Of a DNA stretch of 64,000 nucleotides, positions 49,708 to 62,511 are shown piece by piece. A model generated the notes under the pieces. That model saw only the letters and a list, made by a program, of their open reading frames with translations, did no database searches and was not told the DNA's origin. Source of the DNA: Botryllus schlosseri. Its lineage: Eukaryota. How positions within the stretch are numbered: the stretch's first letter is position 1; each line of letters begins with the position of its first letter. The stretch spans positions 32,552,001 to 32,616,000 of the forward strand of contig CM119372.1 of the NCBI GenBank assembly GCA_051294905.1, read 5' to 3'. Both the position numbers and the translations under genes were made by a program.

Positions 49708-51189
49708 CTGAAAAGCTATACAAATTATTTATACAGTCATTGGCTGGAGAAAGACAGTAGACATCCGAGTTCGGTACTTCGAATGATTAGCCCAGCCGAA
49801 AGATATATGGGTTTGCCAAAAGATTTCTGATAAATGTATAAGAACACTACATTACTGCTGTACATGATGCTGTTAGTTCATGCAGTATACTTCTACGATT
49901 TCGGATTACTCGAGTAGGATTTATCTACTTACAATATCTATGCTCATAAGTAGTAATGTTTCAGATTACTCCATTTTACTTGCATTCTGCAAGTAGTTGA
50001 AACACGAACACGTTTTGAAATTCGTTACTTCCTCTCGAGATTGAGTGTTCAATTAAGTCATTACGGTCAACTCTACAGTGGGAATCGGTACACGAGTAAA
50101 TATAGAATGACGCTAACCTTCAGCATAAATATATAATATCAGAAACATGTATAGCACGGATTATGAATGGTTCGAACGTTGGTGTTCGGTATGCAAACCT
50201 TAATCATTCAGAGACTGGTTTTCAACAAAAATTAACATAGTTTCTATCATGTGAAACTTTTTTTAAAATATCACTATTTATGATCAATATTCTTGAATTT
50301 TAAATTCCTAGCACGCACTGCTTCAAGGTGACGATATGGCAGGAAATTGACCGTGAAATTATAGTAATTCTGGCGTTATTTCGACCTGAATCGACCTCGC
50401 TTCCGTCGTTATTATGTGCTTGGCCCGGGAATGAGCTATTGCGAGATCATGAGTCTGTCTTTGCGCGCAGTGCAGGACTAGATTTGCAAGATGCAACAGA
50501 ATCGGAAATCAGAAATCATGATACGAATATCGGCCATCAGGCCTAACATGACCACTGATGTCGAAACAAAATGATCACAACGTACGCGTTCATGTGTACG
50601 ACGAACCGTTCACAACCACGCTACCTCACACATCCAAACCTGACTCGTGTTTGCCTTATTTCTATGCGCGCATATCACTGCAATATATGCCAAGCACAGA
50701 ATGATGCGCTTACATGCCTGTGAACCCTGCAGATAAAGCTTTCCATTACTCTTCCAATCAAAACGTTCCATCACCATGATAACTTTTGACGGCCAGGATA
50801 CACAACTCAATATTATCGCACATTCGTAGCGCGGCTGCTGAACAGCAATTCGGTTTGCAATGGATGAGCGTTGCAAAATAATAAAGTATCGACACAACAT
50901 TCAATTAGGTGACTCAAGCCGTAGGCAAAACACTTGTGCATCAAGCAAGCGGAAATAGCTGTTTGGTCGTATTGCATTGCTTTATCCCATCGACGGAGTT
51001 ACGGAACACTTAAATTGTATTCATCTCGGGACGTGACAAATGTAACTGAATACAGTCTCACAAAACCCAGTTTTCATACGTAGATTTGGTTGCGATGTCA
51101 GATGCGTTTATAGTTGTTAATAGGAGATGGGTTTCGTTCGAAATGACAAGAGGAATCGGCGTGACGACACGGAATGAGAGAAGGCGATA

Positions 51190-51432
51190 GAAAGAGATGA
51201 TATTCATTTCCGCCTGCACTATCAAGATGCTTTGACGACGGAGATGCGATACGACCTTTCAGTAAAGTCTTCCTGTCTGCCCCTCGTTTTTATCTCCTCT
51301 ATGCTATCCGTGTATGCTGAGCACCTAGCAGGATAGCCGCGGATGCCAGTTTTCGAGTCTTTGGTCTGACCCGGCCGGGGATCGAACCCACGACCTACCA
51401 AGAAGCCGGACACATCACCATTACACTATCCC
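51190..51432 (-). mobile_element. tRNA-derived SINE, copy 2
   Basis: TAGTGTAATGG A box and GGTTCGATCCC B box; body similar to 23590-23835. Confidence 0.8.
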
Positions 51433-52507
51433 GCTTGACTGATGGCACTACAAATAATGCAATTTTCGAAAACTCATACTGATACAGGGTCTATTTTACC
51501 CTCGCCAAAATGATGCAAACCAATCCAAAAACTACTTTGTCTTCGGAAAACCCAAAATGCGTCATTTTGCGCCAATACGTAGGCTATAAATGGAGGTATA
51601 GTCTGACAATATGACTGCTTGATTAAGTGATGAAAGTAGACACAACCTACTTAGTACTTCTAGTACTAGTACATGTACTTTATTGCTGTCCGCCTCTCTG
51701 TTACCGTATACTGCATAGTCTTGGGATGGTGTGAACGTGAGGTTCACGTTCGCGTTCTGTGTGCGAACCTCGGAAAGTTAGAGGTTCACGTTCATAAACG
51801 AACCTTTGTAGGTTCTGCAATGTGAACCTTTTTCATGTAATACAATTTTTCAAGTCATTGGAACATCTTTGGTTTAAATTATTTGCATTCCAATATCGAA
51901 CCACTCTATGCAAGCGTTGGCAGCCTACAAAATCAAAACTAAACGAGCATGCACCTTGCCAATTTCGAAACTTTTACTTGCTTTGTTACAAAGGTTTAAT
52001 CGAAATATTCAGTTTTCCGATTGTGAATATTTAGTGACTCTCTGCTGTGAGCTTGACCCGCATTCACACAACATCAATACCAAAATACGTCACTGTCTAA
52101 TGTAAAGAAATCCAGCAGGCGTACGGGATTCACATTGATTTGATGTAATTATTGTATCATACAAACAAATCTGTGCGATTGGGGTGTCGGCTACTGTATA
52201 ACTTGTTTGTTGGGTAATATCGGTAGCAAGTATAGAAACCCGTTTTACACACCGATGAATATCGATGCAGCAATAGTCAGACGAATAATACATTGTCCGG
52301 TCTGGCCTCGACCGTTAAGGCGTACGCTGATATTCCCTTGCCTTCCTCGTCGAAATTGCAGGCGACGGAAGATATTGACTTTATGGGGACCATTTTAGCA
52401 CTTGATTGCTTCAGTTGATCATTGAATGACCTTTAAAAAGTCAGCATGTACTTCAGCACAGTGGCATACTGTGGCCTGAGTTGTCGCTACGTTTCGTGTA
52501 CATTAAC

Positions 52508-55299
52508 CAGAGGTGGTCAAAGTAGTCAAGAAAGCTACTCAAGTACCAGTAGAAGTAGCGACGAAAAAAACGACTCGAGTACGAGTAGAAGTACTTCTTC
52601 CATAAGCAACCTAAACCTACTTCAAGTAGAAGTAGAATTCACTGACTTTAAAAGTACTCAAGTAAGTAAGTAGTTGTGAAAACGATCCTAATTCGGTCAT
52701 TATGGATTGTGAAAATGTGCAAATTGAGCTATGCCAAAGGTGACGAGCTTGATTCATATTGATGCATGCCAACAGGTATCCAATTTTCGATAGCATAAGC
52801 ATTCATTCCCATTATGATAGTATTGATATGAAAATGCGATACGGTATGGAAGCATACTTCTTCGCTCCGAAGACATATCTGAAGAAAGTCGAGACTATTC
52901 GCAATCAATCTCTTCGTATATGTTGCGGAGCGATGGTCAGTACACCAATTTCTATAATTGAAATTGAATGCAATGATATGCCTCTATCCCTCCGGCACTT
53001 GTATCTGTGTTTAAAATATAGATATTGTCTCAGCACCCAACAAAATCACCCAACTAATTCGATATTGCAAGAATCATGGGAAGATATATACAGCTTAATA
53101 AATGAGAGATTTTCAACCTTTCGATCCTTAACCAGTGGTGCTGACCTTCGCGATTTGCACGCAACTGGGCAAGTCATATTAGAAAACCCTCCGTGGATTG
53201 CTCAAGAACCTGATGTAGACTCATCATTGACAAAATCATTTGGCAGAAATTCCCCTGCAGAAATTGTTAAGGTGGTATTCCGGGACCATATTTTCTCGAA
53301 CTACAGTGATCATACACTTGTATATACGGATGGTTCGAAGACATTGTCAGGATGTGGATATGGCGTATAAATTCCTCGGTTGAATGTAAAATTGTCTGCG
53401 ACGCTTCCAAAATGTTTTTTCAATATTTTATGTAGAGTTGCATGCCATCAAAGATGCATTATCATGGGTTGAAAGGAACACACAAAGTAAAATTGCTGTG
53501 ACAGTTTGAGTGCCCTAACCGCCATCGCCAATCGTGGATCGGTCAATGACTACGTTTATTAGAATATATTGCGGAACTTCGAAATAACAATAAATCAATC
53601 ACGTTCATCTGGATACCTGGGCATGCCGGTATTCGTGGCAACGAAATCGCCGATCAATTAGCCAAAGACGCTGCGTCAAGAAGGGATGAAGGGAACAATC
53701 ACTTATTACCTCTGCGTGATGCACTGTCCGTATTAAGACACCATTGTAGATGCGAATGGGATCAGATATACCAAAGCAGTGAGACCGGAAGAGCGTATAA
53801 GAATCTGCGTCCATTAATTACCGACGATATAGCTCAAATTGGAACACGGCGAAGAGATGTAATTCTACTGAGATTAAGAAGCGGCCATTGCAGACTGAAT
53901 CAACATCTGCATAAGATCCGTTGTTCTGAGACTCCACTATGTCAGCAATGCAATGCAGAAGAATCTGTAGAGCACTTTTTATTACATTGTGAGAGATATC
54001 AACATCAAATGAGACAACTACATCATGCTGTGCGAGTGAGCCGAATAAATTGGGAGTTGAAAGACGTTTTAACAGATCCAACGATATTGGATAATGTTGT
54101 ACAGTTCGTGATATCTTCGGGGCGACTTATATAGTATAGCAAATACATGTTGTATATTCATTTGTATAACCAAATGTCGTGTTTGTATATTGTCTGCTAG
54201 CTCCATATATTGAATGTGCATGTTGGTATACCAATAGAACTGAGCGATGCTGTATATATTTCGATAATGTAAATTTACTGTAAAAACAAGTATAGAAGTG
54301 GCGCGCAAAACCTGTGTCGTGATAAGCGCCACTATCACGATTTTTACTTATAATAATAATAATAATCCTCTGTTTTCTTGAACAACACGTTTTAGAAAAT
54401 AGCATGGTACGGCGCCATCCCCCATATTATAAGCCCCGTAGTTTAGTCGAATAGCAATACGTAGAAGTTATATAGGATACGGTGTAAACACTTTGCGCCA
54501 TTAGTAAACGTTGATAAAAAATATGGTGGACCGTAAAAATGCCATATTGTGTAGCTTTATTTACAGAAATTAAAGGCATTACCACACTTGCTTTTATACT
54601 TCAACATGTATGTTATCCAGACAAAAGAACTGATAACAATTATAACTCAAAGTATATGATACTGGGAATTAAAAGTGAAATATAAATACTACTTCTAAAA
54701 GTGGAACATGTATTTCATGCATTTAGTCCAGAAGGTTTCAAAGGTGGTACGTTAAAACAGCTCTAAAAGTAAAAAAAGTCAAGAGTCCACTTTTCCAGAT
54801 GGACATGCTAGATTACGATATGACAAGTACATGCTAGATTGCGAAACATCAGTTTCAAACGTTATGATGAGCCATATATGCTGTGATGAATTATTTCATA
54901 TGGGCGAAGGGCGACAATATGGTGTAAACGGAAGCACGCCAACCCGCTACCTAAATTATATTCACCGATACTTTCGTGAAATCACACTAGCCCCTCCGTA
55001 TCCACTGCGCGCGAAGCGCGACGAAAATTGTTGGCTTTACTCAACTTTTATGAAAATTAAATATTGATACTCCGTGAAAACAGCCCCAAAATTCTCAGGC
55101 TATATTCCTGATTGGGAGATTGAACTACTTCTACTTGACAAACTGAAAATAGCGAAAAGTAAGTAAGTAGATCACAAAATATTGCGAAGTAGAAGTAGAA
55201 GTAGCCAAAATCGGATCTACTTGAGTACGTACCAGAAGTAGAGAAAAACTACTTGAGTACTTTGAAAAAGTAGAAGTACTTCGTTACTGACCACCTCTG
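52508..55299. mobile_element. AGTAGAAGTA family MITE, copy 3, interrupted by a LINE 3' fragment
   Basis: TIRs CAGAGGTGGTCA / TGACCACCTCTG; perfect TSD ACATTAAC. Confidence 0.9.
52843..54362 (+). mobile_element. 5'-truncated I-group LINE: post-RT region, RNase H, 3' UTR and (TAA)n tail (decayed)
   Basis: YGMEAY...RICCGAMVSTPI..., RNase H motif VYTDGSK, later ELHAI and WIPGHAG, with stops/frameshifts. TAATAATAATAATAAT tail at 54350-54365. Confidence 0.88.
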
Positions 55300-55908
55300 A
55301 CATTAACATATCACTTCACTGAAATGTAGGGTCGGAATTTGCAATATGACGCCACGTGATGTCGTAAGGTTCACGTTCGCGTTCACACAGAACCTTTCAC
55401 AAAGTGTCGCGTTCACACGAACCTGAACCTTTCAGGGGTTCGCACCATCCCTACTGCACACCGTACCAGGGCATAACGAGAACGGATACATTCTGATTTG
55501 TATATTGAGTTTCTAGATGGAAACCGTATCCAAACTGGGTTAGCGATCGCATTTCATCGTGCCGGATTTCGGTCCGGATCGCCAAAAATATGCTCCGTAC
55601 ATCTGCGCCATATATATATATTAAAAATAGGAGTACTTAATCCAGGATTAACTTGTCAGGTTTGTAAATATGCTTGCTACGCCTTCCGCAATTGAGTGTT
55701 TTCCTTGAATAGCTAACTGTATTCAAAGAACTTGCCGCATCGCTCAAGAATAAAACATTCTTTTCTAATAAGGTCGTGATAATGACCGCCATAAATTAAA
55801 ACACTTGACATTGGATTGACATCTCACACTGTGGTGCACGTAACCTTGGAAGTTATGTGCACCACGGCACGGATTCGTATTGATCTCGTGACATTAACTA
55901 GCTAAAAT

Positions 55909-56290
55909 GGGGAAGCGAGTGGCACAGTTGGTCAAGCCGCCATCGTCACGACACCAATAGTAGTGAATTTTGCCTATCTTATATCTGTCGGAGGTTTATC
56001 TGGGCTCCTCATTGCTAACCTCACTGCCATTGGCAGTGTGCCAAAAGCCCATAGTGACCGCGGACCGAGACAAGCAGTCGGCCGCAGGGACGATGATACG
56101 GGCGCATGAAAGACGAAAGTGACCGGATGGTGGAAGAGTGCGAGCGTGAAAAGACGCCCCAAAGATTACGAAAAGCGAAGAAAATGATCGACAATGACCA
56201 TTACACATGTTACAGTCATGGCACACATGACCTTAATAGGCGACAAGCGCCACTGCTGTGTCAATAAAATAAACCAACTAACTAACTAAA
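55909..56290 (+). mobile_element. Possible second SINE-like retroposon
   Basis: GGGG start with A-box-like TGGCACAGTTGG; ends AATAAA + (AACT)n. No clear B box and only one copy in the window. Confidence 0.4.
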
Positions 56291-56731
56291 AATTAAGCTC
56301 GGAATGCTGATCGATCTCTGTGCTTTCTCACTTTCTCTCTCCCTCTCTTTATATATATATTATCTCCATCCGATCTTTGCCGGTTCGCTGATAGCTGTTA
56401 TATTGACGCGGCCATTCAGGCATTCGCCATATATTATGTGCAATTGAGCACCTCCACGGTTGTGAGATCTATACTTATTTTTATTCATTGCACGGAGAAA
56501 TCATCCGTTTAGAGTAGGCTATAGTGACTGGTAGCAAGCAAAGAAGGTTATTCATATTCGAATGGAGTTTGATCAGTCTCATCTAACGAAATCAGCGCAC
56601 CACATATGCAACTGGCGGAAACGTAGAAAAAATTGAAAATGGTAATGCACAAATCTATGACCAAACATATGTGATCTACACGATCTATAGATCGTGGTAT
56701 AGAATGCCCTCGGCAATATTTCCTTTGCGTG

Positions 56732-56949
56732 TTAACGGCCGATAATCCAAGATATAATATCGTCAAGTGCGACGAATGAATAGAATATCAAAGTCATAAT
56801 GACTGTAGCGGAGGTAACTCGCGGATTTCAAATCAATGTCGATGCGTCGAACTTTTCAGACATCACAGCAGGCATCCAGAAAAATGGAATCACTCCTGAG
56901 ATCAAAGCCCCACTTCACGACACTAGTCTTCCAAAAATTTCTAGGAATT
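56732..56949 (-). pseudogene. Pseudogenic copy of the permease terminal exon (copy C)
   Basis: FLEIFGRLVS*SGALISGVIPFFW...SEK, LKSASYLRYSHY, DIISWIIGR*. One in-frame TGA and at least two frameshifts relative to 27770-27991. Confidence 0.85.
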
Positions 56950-57015
56950 CTGTAACGAACAGTCCAAATTAAATGAAGCGTGCTTCAATTGAGATCGGGC
57001 TGGGTATGATTTAGA

Positions 57016-57432
57016 AAAGTGGTTCCCAAGTTGGGCGACCCCCCCCCCTCATAGAGTGGGAGATTTTGAAAAACAATGGTGGAAAAGATCGAAGGTGGCG
57101 ACTGGGGGCGAAATGTTACAGGGACCAGTGAGATATATTGAATTTACACAGCCAAAAAATGCCCGTGTAGACGGCTTATTCTGCATATGGCGGGAATGTT
57201 GACTAAATAAAAGGTCCACTCAACGGAAAGTAGAACCGAAAACCGGTTTTTCGAGCACCTACTTGGAAATTGACCTCCTAAATTTTTCCAGTCGATTCAC
57301 CAGCGATCAGAGTTAGGTGAATAAATTTCCCGTTTATATGTCCTCTTTTTCGGATCCGTAAATATGGGGGGTGAGAAAATTGGCGTCTTGCGTGATAAGG
57401 GGCGATGAGTCGGAAAGGTTTGGGATCCACTG
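57016..57432. mobile_element. Degenerate Buster/Charlie-type MITE
   Basis: AGTGGTTCCCAA / TTGGGATCCACTG; flanks ATTTAGAA / TGTTAGAA. Confidence 0.55.
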
Positions 57433-58331
57433 TGTTAGAAGTACTCAATTAATTAGTTTGAAGGAGTAGAATTGATTTGTAGACGGCGATGCATTCTCGT
57501 TCATCCTATAGCTCATCGATGCTTGTTCTATTTTGCTATATAGCGCTATATATCGTTTTTATCCCGTTACTGTCACGGCAATTTCACTCATGAAATGTCA
57601 CTCATGTATCGAGCAAGTAATCAGAGTTCCAAATCAAGGTACATAGTAGTGAAAGATTGTTTAAAAATGTCGGTACTTCGAAAAAGCATAAATACCTAAC
57701 TACGATTTCCAAGATTGACATCGTAATTCACGTTTCGATCAGGTCTCAAGTATAAGAACCGATTTCGGATCGGATTCACAAACGCGCCGGAACCGTTGGA
57801 AGGTAGAAGGAGTCAACAGTTTCATCGCATCAATATCGAATTTCAACCCATCGGATATTTGGTAGGAAGCGAATTTCTGGTCGCGACATGCGCTCATGTT
57901 GCGCTTGCTGCAATTACTCCTGAACAATCCCCCATTTTCAAGATTGTAGTCAACTGAGTGGCTTGATATCAGTGGCGGTTCGTGACAATATCGGGTGGTG
58001 GGGCAAGGGCTGCAAGAGACTTTTTATCAAAATGACGTCACAATGGCGTTTTCCCACGTAAAAAGTAACTTTATGATGTTCAAATGAATTTCCCGACAAC
58101 AGTTATTTTTAACGTAGGTGCCGCGAGAGGTTTGCCGGTGATCCGTGACTTGAAGTGCGGTAACAAATGTTTTATTCATTTTTTTTTATTCAGATGATTA
58201 TTTTACAAAATGTACGCGAACTAAGAATCGTCCCTATGCCACGAATCAATCATCAGTGCATCCTTAGTAGCATGCGTTATGATTTCCTGGTAGAGATTAC
58301 GCGAGCGCCGAGTAAGACTATACCTACACAT

Positions 58332-59259
58332 CAGTGTTGGGATGACTCGAGTCATGACTTGACTCGAGTCAGACTCGAGTTACCTTTTCCGAATGACTTG
58401 ACTTGACTCGAGTCACTTTGCTAAAATGACTTGACTTGACTTGACTCGGCGTATCAGAAGTATGGATTGACTCGTGACTCGGAGCAAAATTCACAAGTCA
58501 ATTTCAAGTCATCAAGTATTCGGTGTCGATAAAAATCACTGAATCTTGCATACGTTCGGATTGCTCGCGAAACGCTGGTGTAACCGTGAGAGCAACCAAT
58601 CGTTTAATTATCGTGCGTTTTACTGAGCCTCCATTGTTCCCTCACAAATAAATTTACCGCAAACGAAGTGATCGAAGCTTACAGCTTACGTTGTCGTAAA
58701 CTAGTATAGTAAAGTAATTAATCTCTGTTTTACCTTAACCAAACCTCTTGTTTATTGAAATTGAATTCGAATATAGTTTTTATAGTCCCCAACCATTGGC
58801 GCAGGCTCGAATTGCAGCATATCGATTTGTAAATGGGTAATGTATCGCATCCTATCAATTCGTATCTATTCTCTAGTTTGGCTGGTAACTATAAACTGTG
58901 GTTTAGTAGTTCTACGTATATGTGGGCGATACAGCGCCTTCTTACGTGTATATTTAACTCTATATTCGTTCATCGGTTCAAAATCAATGACCATTCAGTC
59001 TGTATTTCAGACAGCTAGCAAAATGCAATGACGTCATCATGCCCCATACTTCGAAAAGGCAACTTGACTTGAATTGTGACTTGACTCGTGACTTGACTTG
59101 ACTTGACTGAACTTGACTCGAGTCACCTCCAAAAATCGAGTGACTTGACTTGACTCGAGTCAACTTTGAAAATCGATTGACTTGACTTGACTCGAGTCAA
59201 AATGGGCAATGACTCGCAATGACTCGTGACTCGAAGGTAGTGACTTGATCCCAACACTG
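58332..59259. mobile_element. GACTCGAGTC/GACTT family hAT MITE, full length
   Basis: TIRs CAGTGTTGGGAT / ATCCCAACACTG; perfect TSD CTACACAT; subterminal (GACTT)n arrays. Confidence 0.92.
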
Positions 59260-59883
59260 CTACACATACACATACACAGACTAACTACCTACAAAGAGCA
59301 TTCGCATGACACTTTGTGGCCTTTTAATTGTACCATGCCTAGCAATTCTGTAAAGTGTTGCAGCGCCTCCGACCCGATTTGTATGGTAGGATTCGCGTCC
59401 CGAAAGCGAGGCAAATCGATCGGCCCTAGTTTTTCTAAGCCCGTCCGAAACTGTTTCGTACACGATCCTGGTGTGTTACGACCAGGTGATAGGCAACCAA
59501 AACGGTGGCACCCATGAACGTAAGACATTAAAAAGCCAGCTGTTATCCATTGAAGATGAATTGCCAGTCTGCCCACCATCATTTCAAGCATGAATACAAG
59601 CATTGTGTTTATTGAAATGCGAGCACATATCGCATTAAACAATTTCATGAATAAATTATTTTATGTTGATGAATTTTTAACTTTTTTGTTCCATAGTCAG
59701 ATAACAAAATATACCGGTAAATTAGCTATCAGTGTGCCTCGAACCACTCACTTTTCTATAGCCATAGACGTGGTTGAGTTACTTGATGGGCTCACTTAAT
59801 TGAAATTATTCGGAAAGAACGTAATGTATTAGTAGCAAAATGTTCAATAACGAGTTTATTGAAATCTGGAATACCCAGAATTA

Positions 59884-59972
59884 CATATAGTGGTGAATCG
59901 AGAGCGCAGCCAACACATTGAGCCTATCTTGACCCATCCTGTTTCTGAGAAGGGTCTTGATGCGTTTCAATT
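59884..59972 (-). pseudogene. hAT transposase C-terminal dimerisation-domain remnant
   Basis: LKRIKTLLRNRMGQDRLNVLAALSIH matches the hATC LKRIKTxLRxxMxQxRLxxLAxLSI pattern. Confidence 0.8.
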
Positions 59973-60124
59973 GCACCATGCTCGGCAATTCTGTAAAGTG
60001 TTGCAGCGCCTCCGACCCGATTTGTATGGTAGGATTCGTGTCCCGAAAGCGAGGCAAATCGATTGGCCCTAGTTTTTCAAAGCCCTTTGAAAGTGTTTCG
60101 AGCACGATCCTGGTGTGTTATGAC

Positions 60125-60652
60125 TAGGGCCGGGCAAAATCGAGTACCTGAGTGATTCGATTCTGAATCACGTAATATACTTCGAGTCGAGTCGAGTAAT
60201 CGAGTATCACTCATTATGACGTCATAACAAAATCTGATATGTCGAAGTTCAAATATGTACCTTTTATGCGACCACAAAGAATGTAATGTCTGTTATCCGT
60301 CACATTAAAGATACTTTGGTATTTTTTCGACCCTACCGATTTCATTGCACTTGGTGACAATGTTGTAGGATGATCATGATTTCGGAAATGTGCTATTCCC
60401 AGTAACGTTCGTAGCTTTGTACTATATGTTTCGTACGCTACGATACGGCCAGTCGGCCAAACTAGGTTTCAAGGGTTCAACAGTGAAAATTATACCATCA
60501 AAACTATAATTCTCGATGATAAAATAACTTTCAGTGGCGATGAGCGTATAATTTCAGTACTCGAAAAAAATCGTCTTTCACTACTCGACTCGTATCATAA
60601 AAATTAACACTCGATTCAGATTCGAGTACTCGAATCATTGTGCCCATCCCTA
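60125..60652. mobile_element. TCGAGTA family MITE
   Basis: Near-identical to 45702-46221; flanks GTTATGAC / CTCATGAC (6/8). Confidence 0.9.
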
Positions 60653-61316
60653 CTCATGACACATCTTGGTATGGAGCATCATTAAAATCAATAGAGACCA
60701 ATAGCTACTTTTGGTAAAATCTGATAGCGATAAATGACGAAACAGCTCTCACTCGACTTAGGAGACGAAATTATCACCCACATAGTTCAGTGACAGACTC
60801 AAAACGTGTTACAGCGTTCGATACTAACATTAAGATTTACCGTGCCAAATAACATGACCTATCTTTGTATAGAACATCGTCAAAATCAATGGAGACCAAT
60901 ACCGGCTTTTAAGTTAAATCTGTTTGCTGTACATGACGGATCAGCACACACTGAACTTCGGAAACGATATTACTACCCTAATATTTAAACAGCAACCCTG
61001 AAACTTGGAGCAGTGTTAAATACCACCATCACGACCTAACAGAGCAAGTTTCAATAATTATGCTGGTGCGAAACGCCGTCAAAATTGACCTATACCAGCA
61101 AAGGTCGACTCAACGCATATGACGGTAACCTATAGTTCAGATATAGATACGATTGTTACATCACACCTTAGGGGCAACTGGGCAAAGTTGCACCACTTGC
61201 TCGGTAATTTTATGAAAAGGAGAGATTAAATCACCGTTTCTTTATTTTGAGCGGCTTTGAGAGAACAGACAGTGGAAGCATGTTATGAGCGCTACCGGGG
61301 CATGCTTCGGCTAGGC

Positions 61317-62511
61317 CAATGGTTCCCAACCTTTTTCGACTCATCGCCCCCTTTTCAAACTCCACACCGATCATCGCCCCCCAAATATTGGGAACCGAAA
61401 AAGGGGCATACAGACTGAAATCACTGGCGAGTTGACTAATAAAAAAGGTCAACTTTTTGGCTCGACCTCGAAATTACACTTTTCCAGCTAAATTTTGGTG
61501 AGTTGACTAACAAAAAAGGTGATTTCTCCGACTTGGTCCCCAAAGAACCGTAACAGCACTTCGTCAGCCCCCCTCCCGCCCCAATACGTTGGTCTTGACC
61601 CCCTCCATAGGGCGATAAAGCAAACTTCTGCACTCCTCAGACCAAACTCCCCCGATACCTCTTTACCGCTACTTCTCAGCACGAATTGTTGGACTCTTTA
61701 GTTAGTGGGTTTAATTCGCGTGCAGCGCGAAAAATTGCTATCATTCGTGATTGAATCGCTCAATATGATCGGGAATTGCATATATATTGCTGTCAATTTT
61801 TTATCCTCTCTCTGCTCATGCATTCAGATTTACCAGTAAAGCTGAGTCAGGTGTCTTGGAAAATGTAGGGCTCGCAAATAATGATTGAACATATTCGGGC
61901 GGACCCGTGGGTATGATGACTTCGTTACGTAATGACATTTCGTGGCCTGTCTGCTATGTCAAAAGATATTCAAATCGCCCAGCATACGTACTAAACTAAA
62001 AGACGCACACGATTTCAAATTGGTATTTCTGCACTGGCAATTAATTTTTCTCTGCGAGATGGCATTTTTGTGGGGTTCTGATTGCCAGGACAGGAACATT
62101 TGGCGCCAGCCATTTAGGCGCCTATGGACAATTAAATATATATGTATATCGTACATATATCAAAGTCGGTCAGCATAAAGGCAGTCCTTTTCCGCCAAGG
62201 TGTTTTCGTTCTGGCACACTTCTCGGAGTCGCATGTTACATGGCCTGAAACTTCGTATGCCTTGGTGCGTCATTGTGTGACAATGGCTGACGCCGAGATG
62301 CCCATTTCTATAACTCATGCGTATTATTTCTTGGAGGAAGAGTATCCAATAAGCAAGAAATACGTGACCACGAAATGGACCGCAGCGTGAAAATTTTTGG
62401 AAAAAGTGGCCTAAATTTCCAAAATAATACTCTATTCACGAAAAAATTGTGGGCCCCCTTCGAGCTCGCCCCCCCCCCTCCCATCGATATCGCCCACGTT
62501 GGGAACCACTG
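61317..62511. mobile_element. Buster/Charlie-type non-autonomous hAT
   Basis: TIRs CAATGGTTCCCAAC / GTTGGGAACCACTG; perfect TSD GGCTAGGC. Confidence 0.88.

Larger units (their letters stand above)
51721..55453. mobile_element. GTGAAC/GTTCAC family MITE, copy 5, outer layer of a triple nest
   Basis: TTGGGATGGTGTGAAC start, GTTCGCACCATCCCTA end. Body resumes at 55308 after the nested element. Confidence 0.85.

Noticed and set aside
52759..53370. 203-aa ORF as a host gene
   Set aside because: It is a chimera: the first ~28 codons are MITE sequence and the rest is decayed LINE ORF2.
57739..57927. Exon-like ORFs here and at 21032-21220, 5600-5890 and 6551-6862
   Set aside because: No recognisable motif and no phase-consistent partner exons found.
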